Shown: piece after piece, positions 1-9,077 of the stretch
Position numbering within the stretch: the first letter of the stretch is position 1
Layout: each line of letters opens with the position of its first letter
Origin: Candidatus Velthaea sp.
GTDB taxonomy: Bacteria > Vulcanimicrobiota > Vulcanimicrobiia > Vulcanimicrobiales > Vulcanimicrobiaceae
DNA: 12,433 nucleotides
Reading direction: 5' to 3'
Assembly: GCA_050012475.1 (NCBI GenBank)
Contig: JBEKHC010000123.1
Coordinates: 1-12,433 of the forward strand
Notes under the pieces: generated by a model
The model's database searches: none
Seen by the model: the letters and a program-made list of their open reading frames with translations, nothing else
Told to the model about the DNA's origin: nothing
Translations under genes and position numbers: made by a program

Positions 1-126
1 CTGCGGTTGCCGACGCTGTATGGAATCTCGGGGCTGTTCGCCCTCGCCGTCGCCGGACTCGCGTTCGCGATCGTGCGCCTCTTGCAATCACGGCACGCCG
101 TTACCGCCGCGGGAGAACGAGCTTGA
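1..126 (+). CDS. C-terminal fragment of a membrane protein (possibly a transporter), truncated by the window edge
   Basis: Frame 1 is open from base 1 and reads LRLPTLYGISGLFALAVAGLAFAIVRLLQSRHAVTAAGERA*, one hydrophobic helix plus a short polar tail. Its TGA (124-126) overlaps the TTG start of the next gene (TTGA). Not in the supplied ORF track. Confidence 0.7.
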   Translation: MRLPTLYGISGLFALAVAGLAFAIVRLLQSRHAVTAAGERA

Positions 127-1700
127 GCGATCACTACGACGTCATCATCATCGGCTCGGGCGCCGGCGGCGGAACGCTGGCCCACCGTTTGGCGCCCAGC
201 GGCAAGCGCATTTTGCTGCTCGAACGCGGCGGCTGGCTGACGCGCGAGCCGGAGAACTGGGATGTCTCGGCCGTCTTCGTCGACAATCGCTACGTGTCAA
301 AGGAGACGTGGGCGGACGGCGCGGGCAAAACGTTTGCCCCGCAGAGTCATTACTTCGTCGGGGGTGCGACCAAGATGTACGGCGCCGCGCTGTACCGCTT
401 GCGCAAAGAAGATTTCGGTGCGCTGCAGCATCATGACGGCGTGTCGCCGGCCTGGCCGATCGGATACGAAGAATTCGAGCCGTATTACACGCAGGCCGAA
501 GAACTCTACCAAGTCCACGGCGCGCGCGGCGAAGATCCCACCGAGCCGCCGGCGAGCGCACCCTACGCCCGTCCGCCGGTGTCGCACGAGCCGCGCATTC
601 AACAGCTCCACGACGATCTTGCGCGGGCCGGGTATCGACCCTTTCATTCGCCCTGCGGCATCCTGCTCGACGAATCGAACATGCCCTTCAGTCCGTGCGT
701 GCGCTGCCGCGATTGCGACGGGTTTCCCTGTGCGGTGCTGGCCAAATCCGATGCCGACGTCATCGCGGTTCGCCCGGCCTTGGTACATTCGAATCTCACG
801 CTGCTTACCGGAGCCCAGGCGCGACAGCTGTTGACCAACCCGGCGGGAACAACGGTAACCGGCGTCGTCGTCGAGCATGACGGCGCGGCGCAAACCTTCA
901 GCGCCGACGTCGTCGTGGTGTCGTGCGGCGCTGCCAACACCGCGCGATTGCTGTTGGCATCGGCGAACGACAAGCACCCCGACGGCTTGGCCAACGGCTC
1001 GGATCAAGTCGGCCGGAATTACGTGTTTCACAACAGCCAGGCCGTGCTCGCCATCTCGCTCGAACCCAATCCCACGCGCTACCAGAAAACGCTGGGGCTG
1101 AACGACTTTTACTTCGGTGCGCTCGACGTCGCGTTTCCGTTGGGCAATATCCAAATGGTCGGCAAGTCGCAAGGCCCGATGTATCGTGGCGAAAAGCCGC
1201 TCGAAACCAAACTCGCTCCGGACTGGACGCTGGACAAAATTGCCGAGCACGCCGTCGATTTCTGGCTGACGACCGAAGATTTGCCGCTGCCCGACAACCG
1301 GGTCACGCTCGAGCGCGACGGTTCGATCAAGCTCACGTATACGCCCACGAACGACGTGCCGAAAAACATGCTCTACGCGCAGCTGAAGTCGATGCTCGGG
1401 AAGCTCGGGCTGCATCCGGATCATCTCATTCCGCGCACGCTCTACATGAAGTCGGAGGTCGGCGTCGCGGGCGTCGCGCACCAGGCAGGGACGGCGCGCT
1501 TCGGCACCGATCCGGGAACTTCCGTGCTCGACACGAACTGCAAAGCCCACGAACTCGACAACCTCTACGTCGTCGACACGAGCTTTTTTCCCAGCATCGG
1601 GGCCGTGAACCCCGGTCTCACCGCGATGGCCAATGCCCTGCGCGTCGGCGATCATCTTCTCCAACGTCTGCGCACATCGTCAACCGGGAGTCAAGCATGA
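123..1700 (+). CDS. GMC-family FAD-dependent oxidoreductase (525 aa)
   Basis: Rossmann motif YDVIIIGSGAGGG..LLLERG, VGGATKMYGA segment, CVRCRDCDGFPC Cys cluster, VVVSCGAANTARLLL, and C-terminal AHQAGT / LDNLYVVDTSFFPSIGAVNP (His/Asn pair). TTG start with GGGAG at 111-115. Confidence 0.93.
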   Translation: MSDHYDVIIIGSGAGGGTLAHRLAPSGKRILLLERGGWLTREPENWDVSAVFVDNRYVSKETWADGAGKTFAPQSHYFVGGATKMYGAALYRLRKEDFGALQHHDGVSPAWPIGYEEFEPYYTQAEELYQVHGARGEDPTEPPASAPYARPPVSHEPRIQQLHDDLARAGYRPFHSPCGILLDESNMPFSPCVRCRDCDGFPCAVLAKSDADVIAVRPALVHSNLTLLTGAQARQLLTNPAGTTVTGVVVEHDGAAQTFSADVVVVSCGAANTARLLLASANDKHPDGLANGSDQVGRNYVFHNSQAVLAISLEPNPTRYQKTLGLNDFYFGALDVAFPLGNIQMVGKSQGPMYRGEKPLETKLAPDWTLDKIAEHAVDFWLTTEDLPLPDNRVTLERDGSIKLTYTPTNDVPKNMLYAQLKSMLGKLGLHPDHLIPRTLYMKSEVGVAGVAHQAGTARFGTDPGTSVLDTNCKAHELDNLYVVDTSFFPSIGAVNPGLTAMANALRVGDHLLQRLRTSSTGSQA

Positions 1701-2464
1701 CATTGAAGGGCAAAGTGGCGGTCGTCACCGGCGGTAACAGCGGCATCGGTCAAGCGATCGTGCTGGGCTTGGCGCAGGCCGGCGCGAACGTCGTGATCGA
1801 CTATATCGCGCACCCCGAAGCGACCGAAGCGCTCGAGGCGCAGGTGGCCGCGCTCGGCGACAAGGCGATCGGCGTCGATGCCGACGTCAGCCAAGTCGCC
1901 GATCTGCAGCGCTTGGTGCAGCAGGCGGTCAGCTCATTCGGCCGGCTCGACGTCATGGTGAACAACGCCGGAATCGAAACGCGCACCTCGGTGCTCGACA
2001 CCACCGAGGATCAATACGAGAAGGTGTTGCGCATCAACCTCAAGAGCGCGTTCTTCGGTACGCAATTCGCGGCGAAACAGATGATCGCGCAAGGCGGCGG
2101 CGGCCGGATCATCAACATCACCTCGATCCACGAGGATTGGCCGATGCCCGGCAATACCGCGTATTGCCTTTCCAAGGGCGGAGTTCGCATGCTTACGCGA
2201 ACCGCGGGCGTCGAACTTGCGCCGCACGGCATTCTCGTCACGGGCGTGGCGCCCGGCGCGGTGGCAACCCCGATCAATCTGAGCACGATGACCGATCCCC
2301 AGCTGCTGGCCCGGTTGAACGCGGCGATTCCGCTGGGCCGGATGGCGAAACCCGAAGAGATCGCGTCCGTCGTCGCGTTTCTCGCCGGCGACGGCGCGAG
2401 TTATCTCACCGCCACCACTCTCATCGCCGACGGCGGAATGATGCAGCAAAGCCCCGGCCTTTGA
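1697..2464 (+). CDS. Short-chain dehydrogenase/reductase, glucose 1-dehydrogenase-like (255 aa)
   Basis: [24 protein letters not shown], catalytic [22 protein letters not shown] at 1697 overlaps the upstream stop (ATGA), with GGGAG at 1686-1690. The true start is far downstream of the track's 923 start. Confidence 0.92.
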   Translation: MTLKGKVAVVTGGNSGIGQAIVLGLAQAGANVVIDYIAHPEATEALEAQVAALGDKAIGVDADVSQVADLQRLVQQAVSSFGRLDVMVNNAGIETRTSVLDTTEDQYEKVLRINLKSAFFGTQFAAKQMIAQGGGGRIINITSIHEDWPMPGNTAYCLSKGGVRMLTRTAGVELAPHGILVTGVAPGAVATPINLSTMTDPQLLARLNAAIPLGRMAKPEEIASVVAFLAGDGASYLTATTLIADGGMMQQSPGL

Positions 2465-5166
2465 GTTCCCTTCCGACCGCGGAAGAAGAGCGGCTCGCGC
2501 AAGCTCGTGCCGGCAGTGCGAACTGGCGCCGTTGGGGACCGTATCTGAGCGAGCGGCAGTGGGGCACCGTGCGCGAGGACTACAGCGCCGACGGGACCGC
2601 CTGGGATTACTTTCCGCACGATCACGCACGTTCGCGGGCCTATCGTTGGGGAGAAGACGGCATCGCCGGAATCTGCGACGACGAGCAGCAGCTGTGCTTC
2701 GCGATCGCGCTGTGGAACGGGCACGACCCGATTCTCAAAGAGCGCCTCTTCGGCTTGACCGGTCCTGAAGGCAACCACGGTGAAGACGTCAAGGAATACT
2801 ACTTTTACGTCGACAACGTGCCGACGCACGCGTACATGAAGTACGCTTACAAGTATCCGCAGCGTGCCTTTCCGTACGCGGATTTGGTCGAGACGAACCG
2901 CAAGCGCGGCAAGCTCGACCCGGAGTACGAGTTGCTGGACACCGGGGTTTTCGCCGAGGACCGCTACTTCGACGTCGTCGTCGAGTACGCGAAGGGCGAT
3001 CCGGATGACATGCTCGTTCGCGTGAGCGCGACGAACCGCGGCCCCCAAGCGGCGACGCTTGCGGTGTTGCCGACACTGTGGTTTCGCAATAGCTGGTCGT
3101 GGATTCCGGGGGCGCCCAAGCCCAATCTGCGGGTCGCCTCGAGCCAACCGGATTTCACCGTGATCGAAGCCGCTCATCCCAAACTCGGAACGTACTGGCT
3201 TGCCTGCGCCGGAGCTCCGGCGTTGCTGTTTACCGAGAACGAAACGAACCGCGAACGGCTGTTCGGCGTTCCCAACGCGTCGCCGTATGTGAAAGACGCC
3301 ATCGATGCGTACGTCGTTCACGGGCGCGCCGGCGCCGTCAACCCGCAGCAGTTGGGCACGAAGGTCGCCGCGCACTATGTCCTCGACGTCGCGGCCGGTC
3401 AGACCGAGACGGTCTGCCTGCGCCTGAGCGACGTCCGATCCGCGGCGCCGTTCGGTGCGCCGTTCGCCGACGTTTTTGCCGCGCGCCAAGGCGAAGCCGA
3501 CGCGTTCTACGCGCGCATCACCCCGTACGCGATGACGGCCGACATGCGCAGCGTCCAACGTCAAGCTTTTGCCGGACTTCTGTGGAACAAACAATACTAC
3601 GAATTCGATGTCGGGCGTTGGCTCGACGGTGATCCGGCCGGCCCGCCGCCGCCCGAGCAGCGTCGCAGCGGACGCAACGCGCAATGGCGCAACCTCACGG
3701 CATGCGACGTGTTTTCGATGCCCGACAAATGGGAGTATCCCTGGTTTGCCGCCTGGGATCTCGGCTTTCACGCGGTCGCGCTCGCGACGATCGATCCGGA
3801 TTTTGCCAAACGTCAGCTCACGCTCGTAACGAGCGAGCGTTATCTCAGCGATGTCGGTGCGGTGCCGGCGTACGAGTGGGCATTCGGCGACGTCAACCCG
3901 CCGGTGCACGCCTGGGCGGCGATGCGCGTCTACCAGATCGAACGCAAAATGTATGGCCGCGCCGACCGCTCGTTCCTGGTGCGGATGTTCCACAGCCTGC
4001 TGATCAACTTTACCTGGTGGGTCAACAAAAAGGATGCCGACAACAACGATCTGTTCGAAGGCGGATTTCTTGGCCTCGACAACATCGGCGTCTTCGATCG
4101 GACGCTCGTGGCGCCCGGCGGCGGAATCCTCGAACAGGCCGACGGCACGAGCTGGGTGAGCGTGTACTGTCTGAATTTACTCACGATCGCGCTCGAGTTG
4201 GCAATCGACGATGCGGCGTACGAAGCCATCGCGGTACGGTTCTTCGAGCAATTCGTGCGGATTGCCGACGCCATCGACGCCATCGGCGGTAGCCCGAACG
4301 GCTTGTGGAACGAGATCGCGGGCTACTACTACGACGTACTCAAATTGCCGGACGGACGAGCGCTGCCGATCCAAGCGGATACGGTTGCCGGGCTGGTCCC
4401 GCTGTTTGCGACGGATACGAACGAGCCGGAAGTCAGCGCGCGCTTTCTCGAGTATCGCAGCCGCTTCGCGTGGTTCGTCGCCAATCGGCCCGACCTCGTC
4501 AAGAACATCGCCGACACGAAGCGGCTGGGCGTCGACGGCCGAGTGCTGCTCGCGATCGTCGATCCCGACCAGCTCCGCCGGATGCTCGCGAAAGTGCTCG
4601 ACCCCGCGCAATTCTTGAGTCCGTTCGGCATCCGCTCGGTGTCGCGCTATCATGCGGCACATCCGGCCGCACTCGACGTCGACGGCGCGCATTTCGAGTT
4701 GGATTACGAGCCGGCCGAGTCGACGAGCGGCATGTTCGGCGGAAACTCCAATTGGCGCGGGCCGATCTGGTTTCCGATCAACTATTTATTCATCGAGTCG
4801 CTGCAGCGTTTCCACTACTATATGGGTGACGAGTTCAAGGTCGAGTATCCGACCGGTTCGAGGAACGACGCAACACTCTGGGAAGTCGCCGCGGATCTGT
4901 CGCGGCGGCAGATCGCGATCTTCCTCAATGACGACAACGGCCGCCGTCCGGTGTACGGCGGCATCGAGAAGTTTCAAACTGACCCGCATTGGCACGACCT
5001 CATCCTGTTTCACGAATATTTCCACGGCGACAACGGCGCCGGACTCGGCGCCAGCAATCAAACCGGCTGGACGGGGATCGTCGCGAAACTCATCCTGCAA
5101 TTCGCCCAATACGCGGAGGACCAATCATCGGCTTCGATCGAGCAGGAAGCCGCCGGACACGTCTGA
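2461..5166 (+). CDS. MGH1-like / GH63-related glycoside hydrolase (about 901 aa)
   Basis: Family motifs [109 protein letters not shown]. Start inferred at TTG 2461, overlapping the SDR stop (TTGA). The exact start is uncertain. Confidence 0.88.
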   Translation: MSSLPTAEEERLAQARAGSANWRRWGPYLSERQWGTVREDYSADGTAWDYFPHDHARSRAYRWGEDGIAGICDDEQQLCFAIALWNGHDPILKERLFGLTGPEGNHGEDVKEYYFYVDNVPTHAYMKYAYKYPQRAFPYADLVETNRKRGKLDPEYELLDTGVFAEDRYFDVVVEYAKGDPDDMLVRVSATNRGPQAATLAVLPTLWFRNSWSWIPGAPKPNLRVASSQPDFTVIEAAHPKLGTYWLACAGAPALLFTENETNRERLFGVPNASPYVKDAIDAYVVHGRAGAVNPQQLGTKVAAHYVLDVAAGQTETVCLRLSDVRSAAPFGAPFADVFAARQGEADAFYARITPYAMTADMRSVQRQAFAGLLWNKQYYEFDVGRWLDGDPAGPPPPEQRRSGRNAQWRNLTACDVFSMPDKWEYPWFAAWDLGFHAVALATIDPDFAKRQLTLVTSERYLSDVGAVPAYEWAFGDVNPPVHAWAAMRVYQIERKMYGRADRSFLVRMFHSLLINFTWWVNKKDADNNDLFEGGFLGLDNIGVFDRTLVAPGGGILEQADGTSWVSVYCLNLLTIALELAIDDAAYEAIAVRFFEQFVRIADAIDAIGGSPNGLWNEIAGYYYDVLKLPDGRALPIQADTVAGLVPLFATDTNEPEVSARFLEYRSRFAWFVANRPDLVKNIADTKRLGVDGRVLLAIVDPDQLRRMLAKVLDPAQFLSPFGIRSVSRYHAAHPAALDVDGAHFELDYEPAESTSGMFGGNSNWRGPIWFPINYLFIESLQRFHYYMGDEFKVEYPTGSRNDATLWEVAADLSRRQIAIFLNDDNGRRPVYGGIEKFQTDPHWHDLILFHEYFHGDNGAGLGASNQTGWTGIVAKLILQFAQYAEDQSSASIEQEAAGHV

Positions 5167-5281
5167 CCGCGCTCGCCGGTTTAACTCCGCCTATTTTGTG
5201 GTACGGCTAACCGCCAGCACTGGTCTTTGGTAAGCCCGGTGGATCTTGGCGTCGCGCACGATTTGCAAAGTGAGGAACGCT

Positions 5282-5602
5282 ATGTCCGTCCACATTCCGT
5301 CGACGAGCGGAGCAACGGTTCTCGCGCTCTATAAAAAGCCTGCCGATCCGGCCGCCTTCGACGCTTACTATACAGACCATCACGCGCCGCTCGCCAAGAC
5401 GCTCCCGGGTTTGGTGTCGTATACGATCGGCCGCGGCGGCGAGAAGGATCCGTACTATCTCGTCGCGATTCTGACCTTCGCATCGGAGGCGGCGTTGGGT
5501 GCCGCGTTGGGCTCGCCGCAGGGCGCCGCGACCGTCGCCGACTTGCAGAATTTCGCGCAAGCCGGCGTCGACATCTTGACCTTCCCGAATCTGCCGGCGT
5601 AG
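5282..5602 (+). CDS. EthD-family protein (106 aa)
   Basis: LYKKPADPAAFDAYYTDHHAPLAKTLPGL and SPQGAATVADLQNFA are typical EthD patterns. ATG at 5282 with GAGGA at 5272-5276. Confidence 0.85.
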   Translation: MSVHIPSTSGATVLALYKKPADPAAFDAYYTDHHAPLAKTLPGLVSYTIGRGGEKDPYYLVAILTFASEAALGAALGSPQGAATVADLQNFAQAGVDILTFPNLPA

Positions 5603-5611
5603 GCGCCGGCA
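5592..5611. terminator. GC-rich hairpin at the junction of convergent genes (possible pause or terminator, no U-tract)
   Basis: TGCCGGCG-TAGG-CGCCGGCA is a perfect 8-bp stem with the EthD TAG stop in the 4-nt loop. Confidence 0.35.
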
Positions 5612-5621
5612 TCCGACGGCG

Positions 5622-6524
5622 TCACGCGCGCCGTTTGAGCGCATCGAGTTCGTCGAGCGTGCGCGGCCAATCGGCTTTGAGCAACCGTGAAAGGCTGCGG
5701 TCGGCGAGCAGCGTCCCGCCGGTCTGGCATCGCGCGCAATAGTTCGTTTCGTTATCGGCGTAGCGGATGCGCTGCACGCGCTCGCCGCAGCGGGGACACG
5801 GTTCGCCGAAGCGGCCGTGAACGGCCATGTCTTTGCGAAATGCCGTCACGTGCTCCGGAAAAGCGCCGGTGGTTTCGTCGCGCAGCCGTTCGATCCACAA
5901 CTGCAGCGTCGACTGCGTCGCGGCGAACAAGCGTTCCCATTCACTGGGCGTGAGCTTGTGCGTCAGCGCGATGGGCGACAGTCCGGCGGCATGGAGAATT
6001 TCGTCGGAATAGGCGTTGCCGATGCCGCTGACGATGCGCGGATCGGTAAGCGCGCGTTTGAGCGTGCGGTTTTCGACGCGCAGCGCGTTCCGGAACGCGT
6101 CGAGATCGCTTGCGAGCACCTCGATGCCGCCGGGGTCGATCTCGCGCAGGGCTTCTTCGCCGCGCAACACGTGCAGCGAGGCCCGGCGTTTGGTGCCGGC
6201 TTCGGTCAGCACCAGGGTGCCGGCCGGAAAATCGAAGGCGGCGAGGTCGTTGCGCCCGCCGAGTTTCGCCCCGCGCGGACGCCAGTGCAGGCGGCCCGCG
6301 ATCATGAGGTGGAGCACCAGCCACAAATCACCATCGAGGCCGATGGCGATCCGCTTCCCGACTCGGCGCAGTTCGCGCACGACGCGTCCTTCGACGGCGG
6401 TCAGCGGCGGATCGGCGGTCCGCACCAAGAAGACGTTCGCTACACGAACGCGCTCGAGCGGTTGGCCGACGATCCGCGGCTCGAGCGCGCTGAGGTAAGC
6501 GGCAATGTCGGGAAGCTCCGGCAT
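5622..6524 (-). CDS. Fpg/Nei-family DNA glycosylase/AP lyase (MutM paralogue type, 300 aa)
   Basis: N-terminal MPELPD fixes the start at 6524. Also RRVGKR, HLMIAG, H2TH motif SGIGNAYSDEIL, and a C4 zinc finger CPRC..CARC. Confidence 0.9.
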   Translation of the reverse strand: MPELPDIAAYLSALEPRIVGQPLERVRVANVFLVRTADPPLTAVEGRVVRELRRVGKRIAIGLDGDLWLVLHLMIAGRLHWRPRGAKLGGRNDLAAFDFPAGTLVLTEAGTKRRASLHVLRGEEALREIDPGGIEVLASDLDAFRNALRVENRTLKRALTDPRIVSGIGNAYSDEILHAAGLSPIALTHKLTPSEWERLFAATQSTLQLWIERLRDETTGAFPEHVTAFRKDMAVHGRFGEPCPRCGERVQRIRYADNETNYCARCQTGGTLLADRSLSRLLKADWPRTLDELDALKRRA

Positions 6525-6606
6525 CAGCGTTGGATTCTGCCCGGCGTCCCCGCACCCCGGCTTCGCCGGCATGACTACCGGACCGTTTCTCCGTAAGCGA
6601 TGTCTC

Positions 6607-8217
6607 ATGCACGCGAGGATCTTCAGTGCGAAGACGATCGTCACGATGACGGCCGATGCGCCGCCGGCATTTGCCACGCTGGGCGAACGCATCGTCGCCA
6701 CGGGAACCGTCGCGGAGTTGCGCGGGCTGCTGCCGGCCGCCGACGTGGTGGAGTTCGGCGCTGCGGCGATCGTGCCCGGCTTCAACGATGCGCACGCCCA
6801 TCTGGCCGTCGCGGCCGAAGACATGCTGCACCTCGATCTGTCGGTCGGCGCGGTGCAATCGCTGGCCGAGATCAGCGTGAAGCTGCGGGCGCAATGCCGC
6901 GTGACTCCGGCCGGAGAATGGATTCGCGGCAGCCGCTACGACGACGCCAAGATGGCCGAAGGCCGCGTGCTCACGCGCTGGGATCTCGACGACGTGAGCT
7001 GCGAGCATCCGATCATGGTCCTGCAAGTTGCCGGTCATTGGGGTGTCGTTAATTCAAAAGCGCTCGCCCTCGGCGGGATCGACGAGGAATCGCCGCCGCC
7101 CGACGGCGGCAAATTCGGCCACGATGCCAACGGGCGCCTCAATGGCGTGCTCTTCGAACAGGCGATCTTCGACTACGCGTACCCGCAGGCTGCGCGTCGC
7201 GCGCAAACCGTCGCGCCGCCGAGCACGCCTGCCCAGCGTCGGCGCGGACTGCAGCTGGCCATGGCCGCATTTCACGCCGCCGGCCTCACGTCGCTGACCG
7301 ACGCTCTGATCGGACCGGCCGACGTGGCGCTGCTGCAGGATGCCCAGTGCGCCGGTGCGTTGACGCTGCGCGTCAACATGTTGCTGCACTACGGTCACTA
7401 CGAAGCGGTGCACGCGTTGGGGCTGCGCACGGGTTTCGGCGGCGAGTATCTGCGGTTGGGCGGAATCAAGTCGTTCGTCGACGGTGCGATCGGCGGCCGC
7501 ACCTGCTTGATGGAGCAGCCCTTTGAAGGCACGACCGACGATTACGGCATTCAATCGGTCTCCGACGCCGAGATCCGCGACATCGTGCGCATGGTGCATG
7601 GCGACGGCAACCGGGTCTGCGTTCACGCGAACGGCGATCGCGCGATCGGCAAGCTGCTCGATGCGCTCGAGGCCGCGCAGCGCGAGCAGCCGCGGCCGGA
7701 AGTCCAGCATCGCATCGAACACTGCAGCATCGTCAACGAGGAGATCCTGCGGCGGATGAAACGCGTCGGTGCGATCGCAACACCGTTCGGCAGTTACGTC
7801 CACTATCACGGCGCCAAGCTGTTGGAATGGTACGGCCCCGAGCGCATCGAGCGGATGTTCGCGCATCGCTCGTTTCTCGATTTCGGCATTCCGGTTGCGG
7901 GCTCATCGGACTACCCGTGCGGTCCGTTCGAACCGCTGCTGGCGATGCAGTCGTGCGTCACGCGCACCGGGTCGGACGGCACGCCGCTGGGCCTCTCGCA
8001 GCGCATCACGCCCGTCGAGGCGCTCGCGCTCTATACCGTCAACGCGGCCTTCGCGTCGGGCGAAGCGCACGTCAAAGGCCGCCTGGCGCCAGGCTACCTG
8101 GCCGACTTTGTCGTGCTCGACGCGAGCCCGCTCGCGATCGATCCGGCACAGCTGGGAGCGCTGCCGATTCGCGCGACGTACGTCGGCGCAGCCCCGGTGT
8201 GGGAACGTGCGGCCTGA
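6607..8217 (+). CDS. Metal-dependent amidohydrolase, Amidohydro_3 / YtcJ-NfdA-like (about 536 aa)
   Basis: IVPGFNDAHAH (HxH), IKSFVDGAIGGRT, VHANGDRA, HRIEHC, GSSDYP, ALALYTVNAA, KGRLAPGYLADFVVL. Start at ATG 6607 or possibly ATG 6571; no clear Shine-Dalgarno. Confidence 0.9.
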   Translation: MHARIFSAKTIVTMTADAPPAFATLGERIVATGTVAELRGLLPAADVVEFGAAAIVPGFNDAHAHLAVAAEDMLHLDLSVGAVQSLAEISVKLRAQCRVTPAGEWIRGSRYDDAKMAEGRVLTRWDLDDVSCEHPIMVLQVAGHWGVVNSKALALGGIDEESPPPDGGKFGHDANGRLNGVLFEQAIFDYAYPQAARRAQTVAPPSTPAQRRRGLQLAMAAFHAAGLTSLTDALIGPADVALLQDAQCAGALTLRVNMLLHYGHYEAVHALGLRTGFGGEYLRLGGIKSFVDGAIGGRTCLMEQPFEGTTDDYGIQSVSDAEIRDIVRMVHGDGNRVCVHANGDRAIGKLLDALEAAQREQPRPEVQHRIEHCSIVNEEILRRMKRVGAIATPFGSYVHYHGAKLLEWYGPERIERMFAHRSFLDFGIPVAGSSDYPCGPFEPLLAMQSCVTRTGSDGTPLGLSQRITPVEALALYTVNAAFASGEAHVKGRLAPGYLADFVVLDASPLAIDPAQLGALPIRATYVGAAPVWERAA

Positions 8218-9077
8218 TGCCGGCGCTCGTTGAACTGGCCGTCCTCAACGGCTTCGTGCAAGGCGTGATCTATGCGCTCGTCGCCGCGGGCTTGACGCTG
8301 ATCTTCGGCATGCTCGACATTCCGAATTTCGCCCACGGCGCGTTCTACGCGCTGGGCGCGTATGCCGCGTACAGCGTGGTCTCGCAAACGGGAAATTTTT
8401 GGCTCGCGATCGTCGCGGCCCCGCTCGCGGTCGCGCTGCTGGGCGCCCTGGTCGACGCCTTGGCGATGCGCCGGTTGGCGGGCGGCGGCCACGTGTACCA
8501 AATTCTCTTCACGCTCGGGCTCGTGCTCATCGTGCAAGAGGCCATCGTGCTGGTTTGGGGCGCGGACCCGACGAGCGTGAACGTGCCGCCGTCGCTCGCG
8601 GGCGGCGTTCCGCTGGGGGTCCTCCGCTTTCCGTACTACCGGCTCTTTCTCGTGTTGGTCGCTGCGATCGTCATCGGCGGGGTCTGGCTGGGCTTGCAGC
8701 GCACGAGGGCCGGCGCGATCATCCGCGCCGGGATCGACGATCCGCAGATGGTCGCGTGCTTGGGCATCGACGTGCAGCGTTTGTTCACGGTGGTTTTTGC
8801 GATCGGCGTCGGGCTTGCGGCGCTGGCCGGCGCGCTCATCCTGCCGATCCGCGGCGGCGGTCCGGCGATGGGCAACGAGCTCATGGCGGTGAGCTTCGCC
8901 GTCGTCGTGATCGGCGGCTTGGGAAGTTTTCTGGGCGCCGTGGTCGGCGGCATCTTCGTCGGCCTGGTGCAGGCAGTCATGACGATCGCGTATCCGGCCG
9001 CATCGGAAGCGGCGATCTTCGCGGCAATGGCGCTCGTGATTCTCGTTCGGCCGCAAGGCTTGTTCGGCGCGCGGTGA
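8217..9077 (+). CDS. livH: Liv-type (branched-chain amino acid family) ABC transporter permease (286 aa)
   Basis: NG..QG.IYALVAAGLTLIFGMLDIPNFAHGAFY, RTRAGAIIRA, VVVIGGLGS, RPQGLFG. ATG overlaps the upstream TGA by 1 nt. Confidence 0.9.
   Translation: MPALVELAVLNGFVQGVIYALVAAGLTLIFGMLDIPNFAHGAFYALGAYAAYSVVSQTGNFWLAIVAAPLAVALLGALVDALAMRRLAGGGHVYQILFTLGLVLIVQEAIVLVWGADPTSVNVPPSLAGGVPLGVLRFPYYRLFLVLVAAIVIGGVWLGLQRTRAGAIIRAGIDDPQMVACLGIDVQRLFTVVFAIGVGLAALAGALILPIRGGGPAMGNELMAVSFAVVVIGGLGSFLGAVVGGIFVGLVQAVMTIAYPAASEAAIFAAMALVILVRPQGLFGAR

Noticed and set aside
923..2460. Long N-terminal extensions in the ORF track (923 for the SDR, 2137 for the hydrolase; likewise 6824, 6505, 7827, 8399, 9741, 11396)
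   Set aside because: The extensions overlap neighbouring genes and are Arg/Ala-rich noise. Family motifs and stop/start overlaps indicate later starts.
297..3993. Long minus-strand ORFs 297-1664 and 2401-3993 (also 8094-9056, 7054-7866 and others)
   Set aside because: These are antisense shadows of well-supported genes in GC-rich DNA and carry no recognisable motifs.
5167..5281. Lower-GC intergenic region as a riboswitch, small RNA or sigma-54 promoter (TTGGCG...TTTGCA)
   Set aside because: The GG-to-GC spacing does not fit -24/-12 and I recognise no riboswitch consensus. It is probably an ordinary promoter region. An Rfam/Infernal search would settle it.
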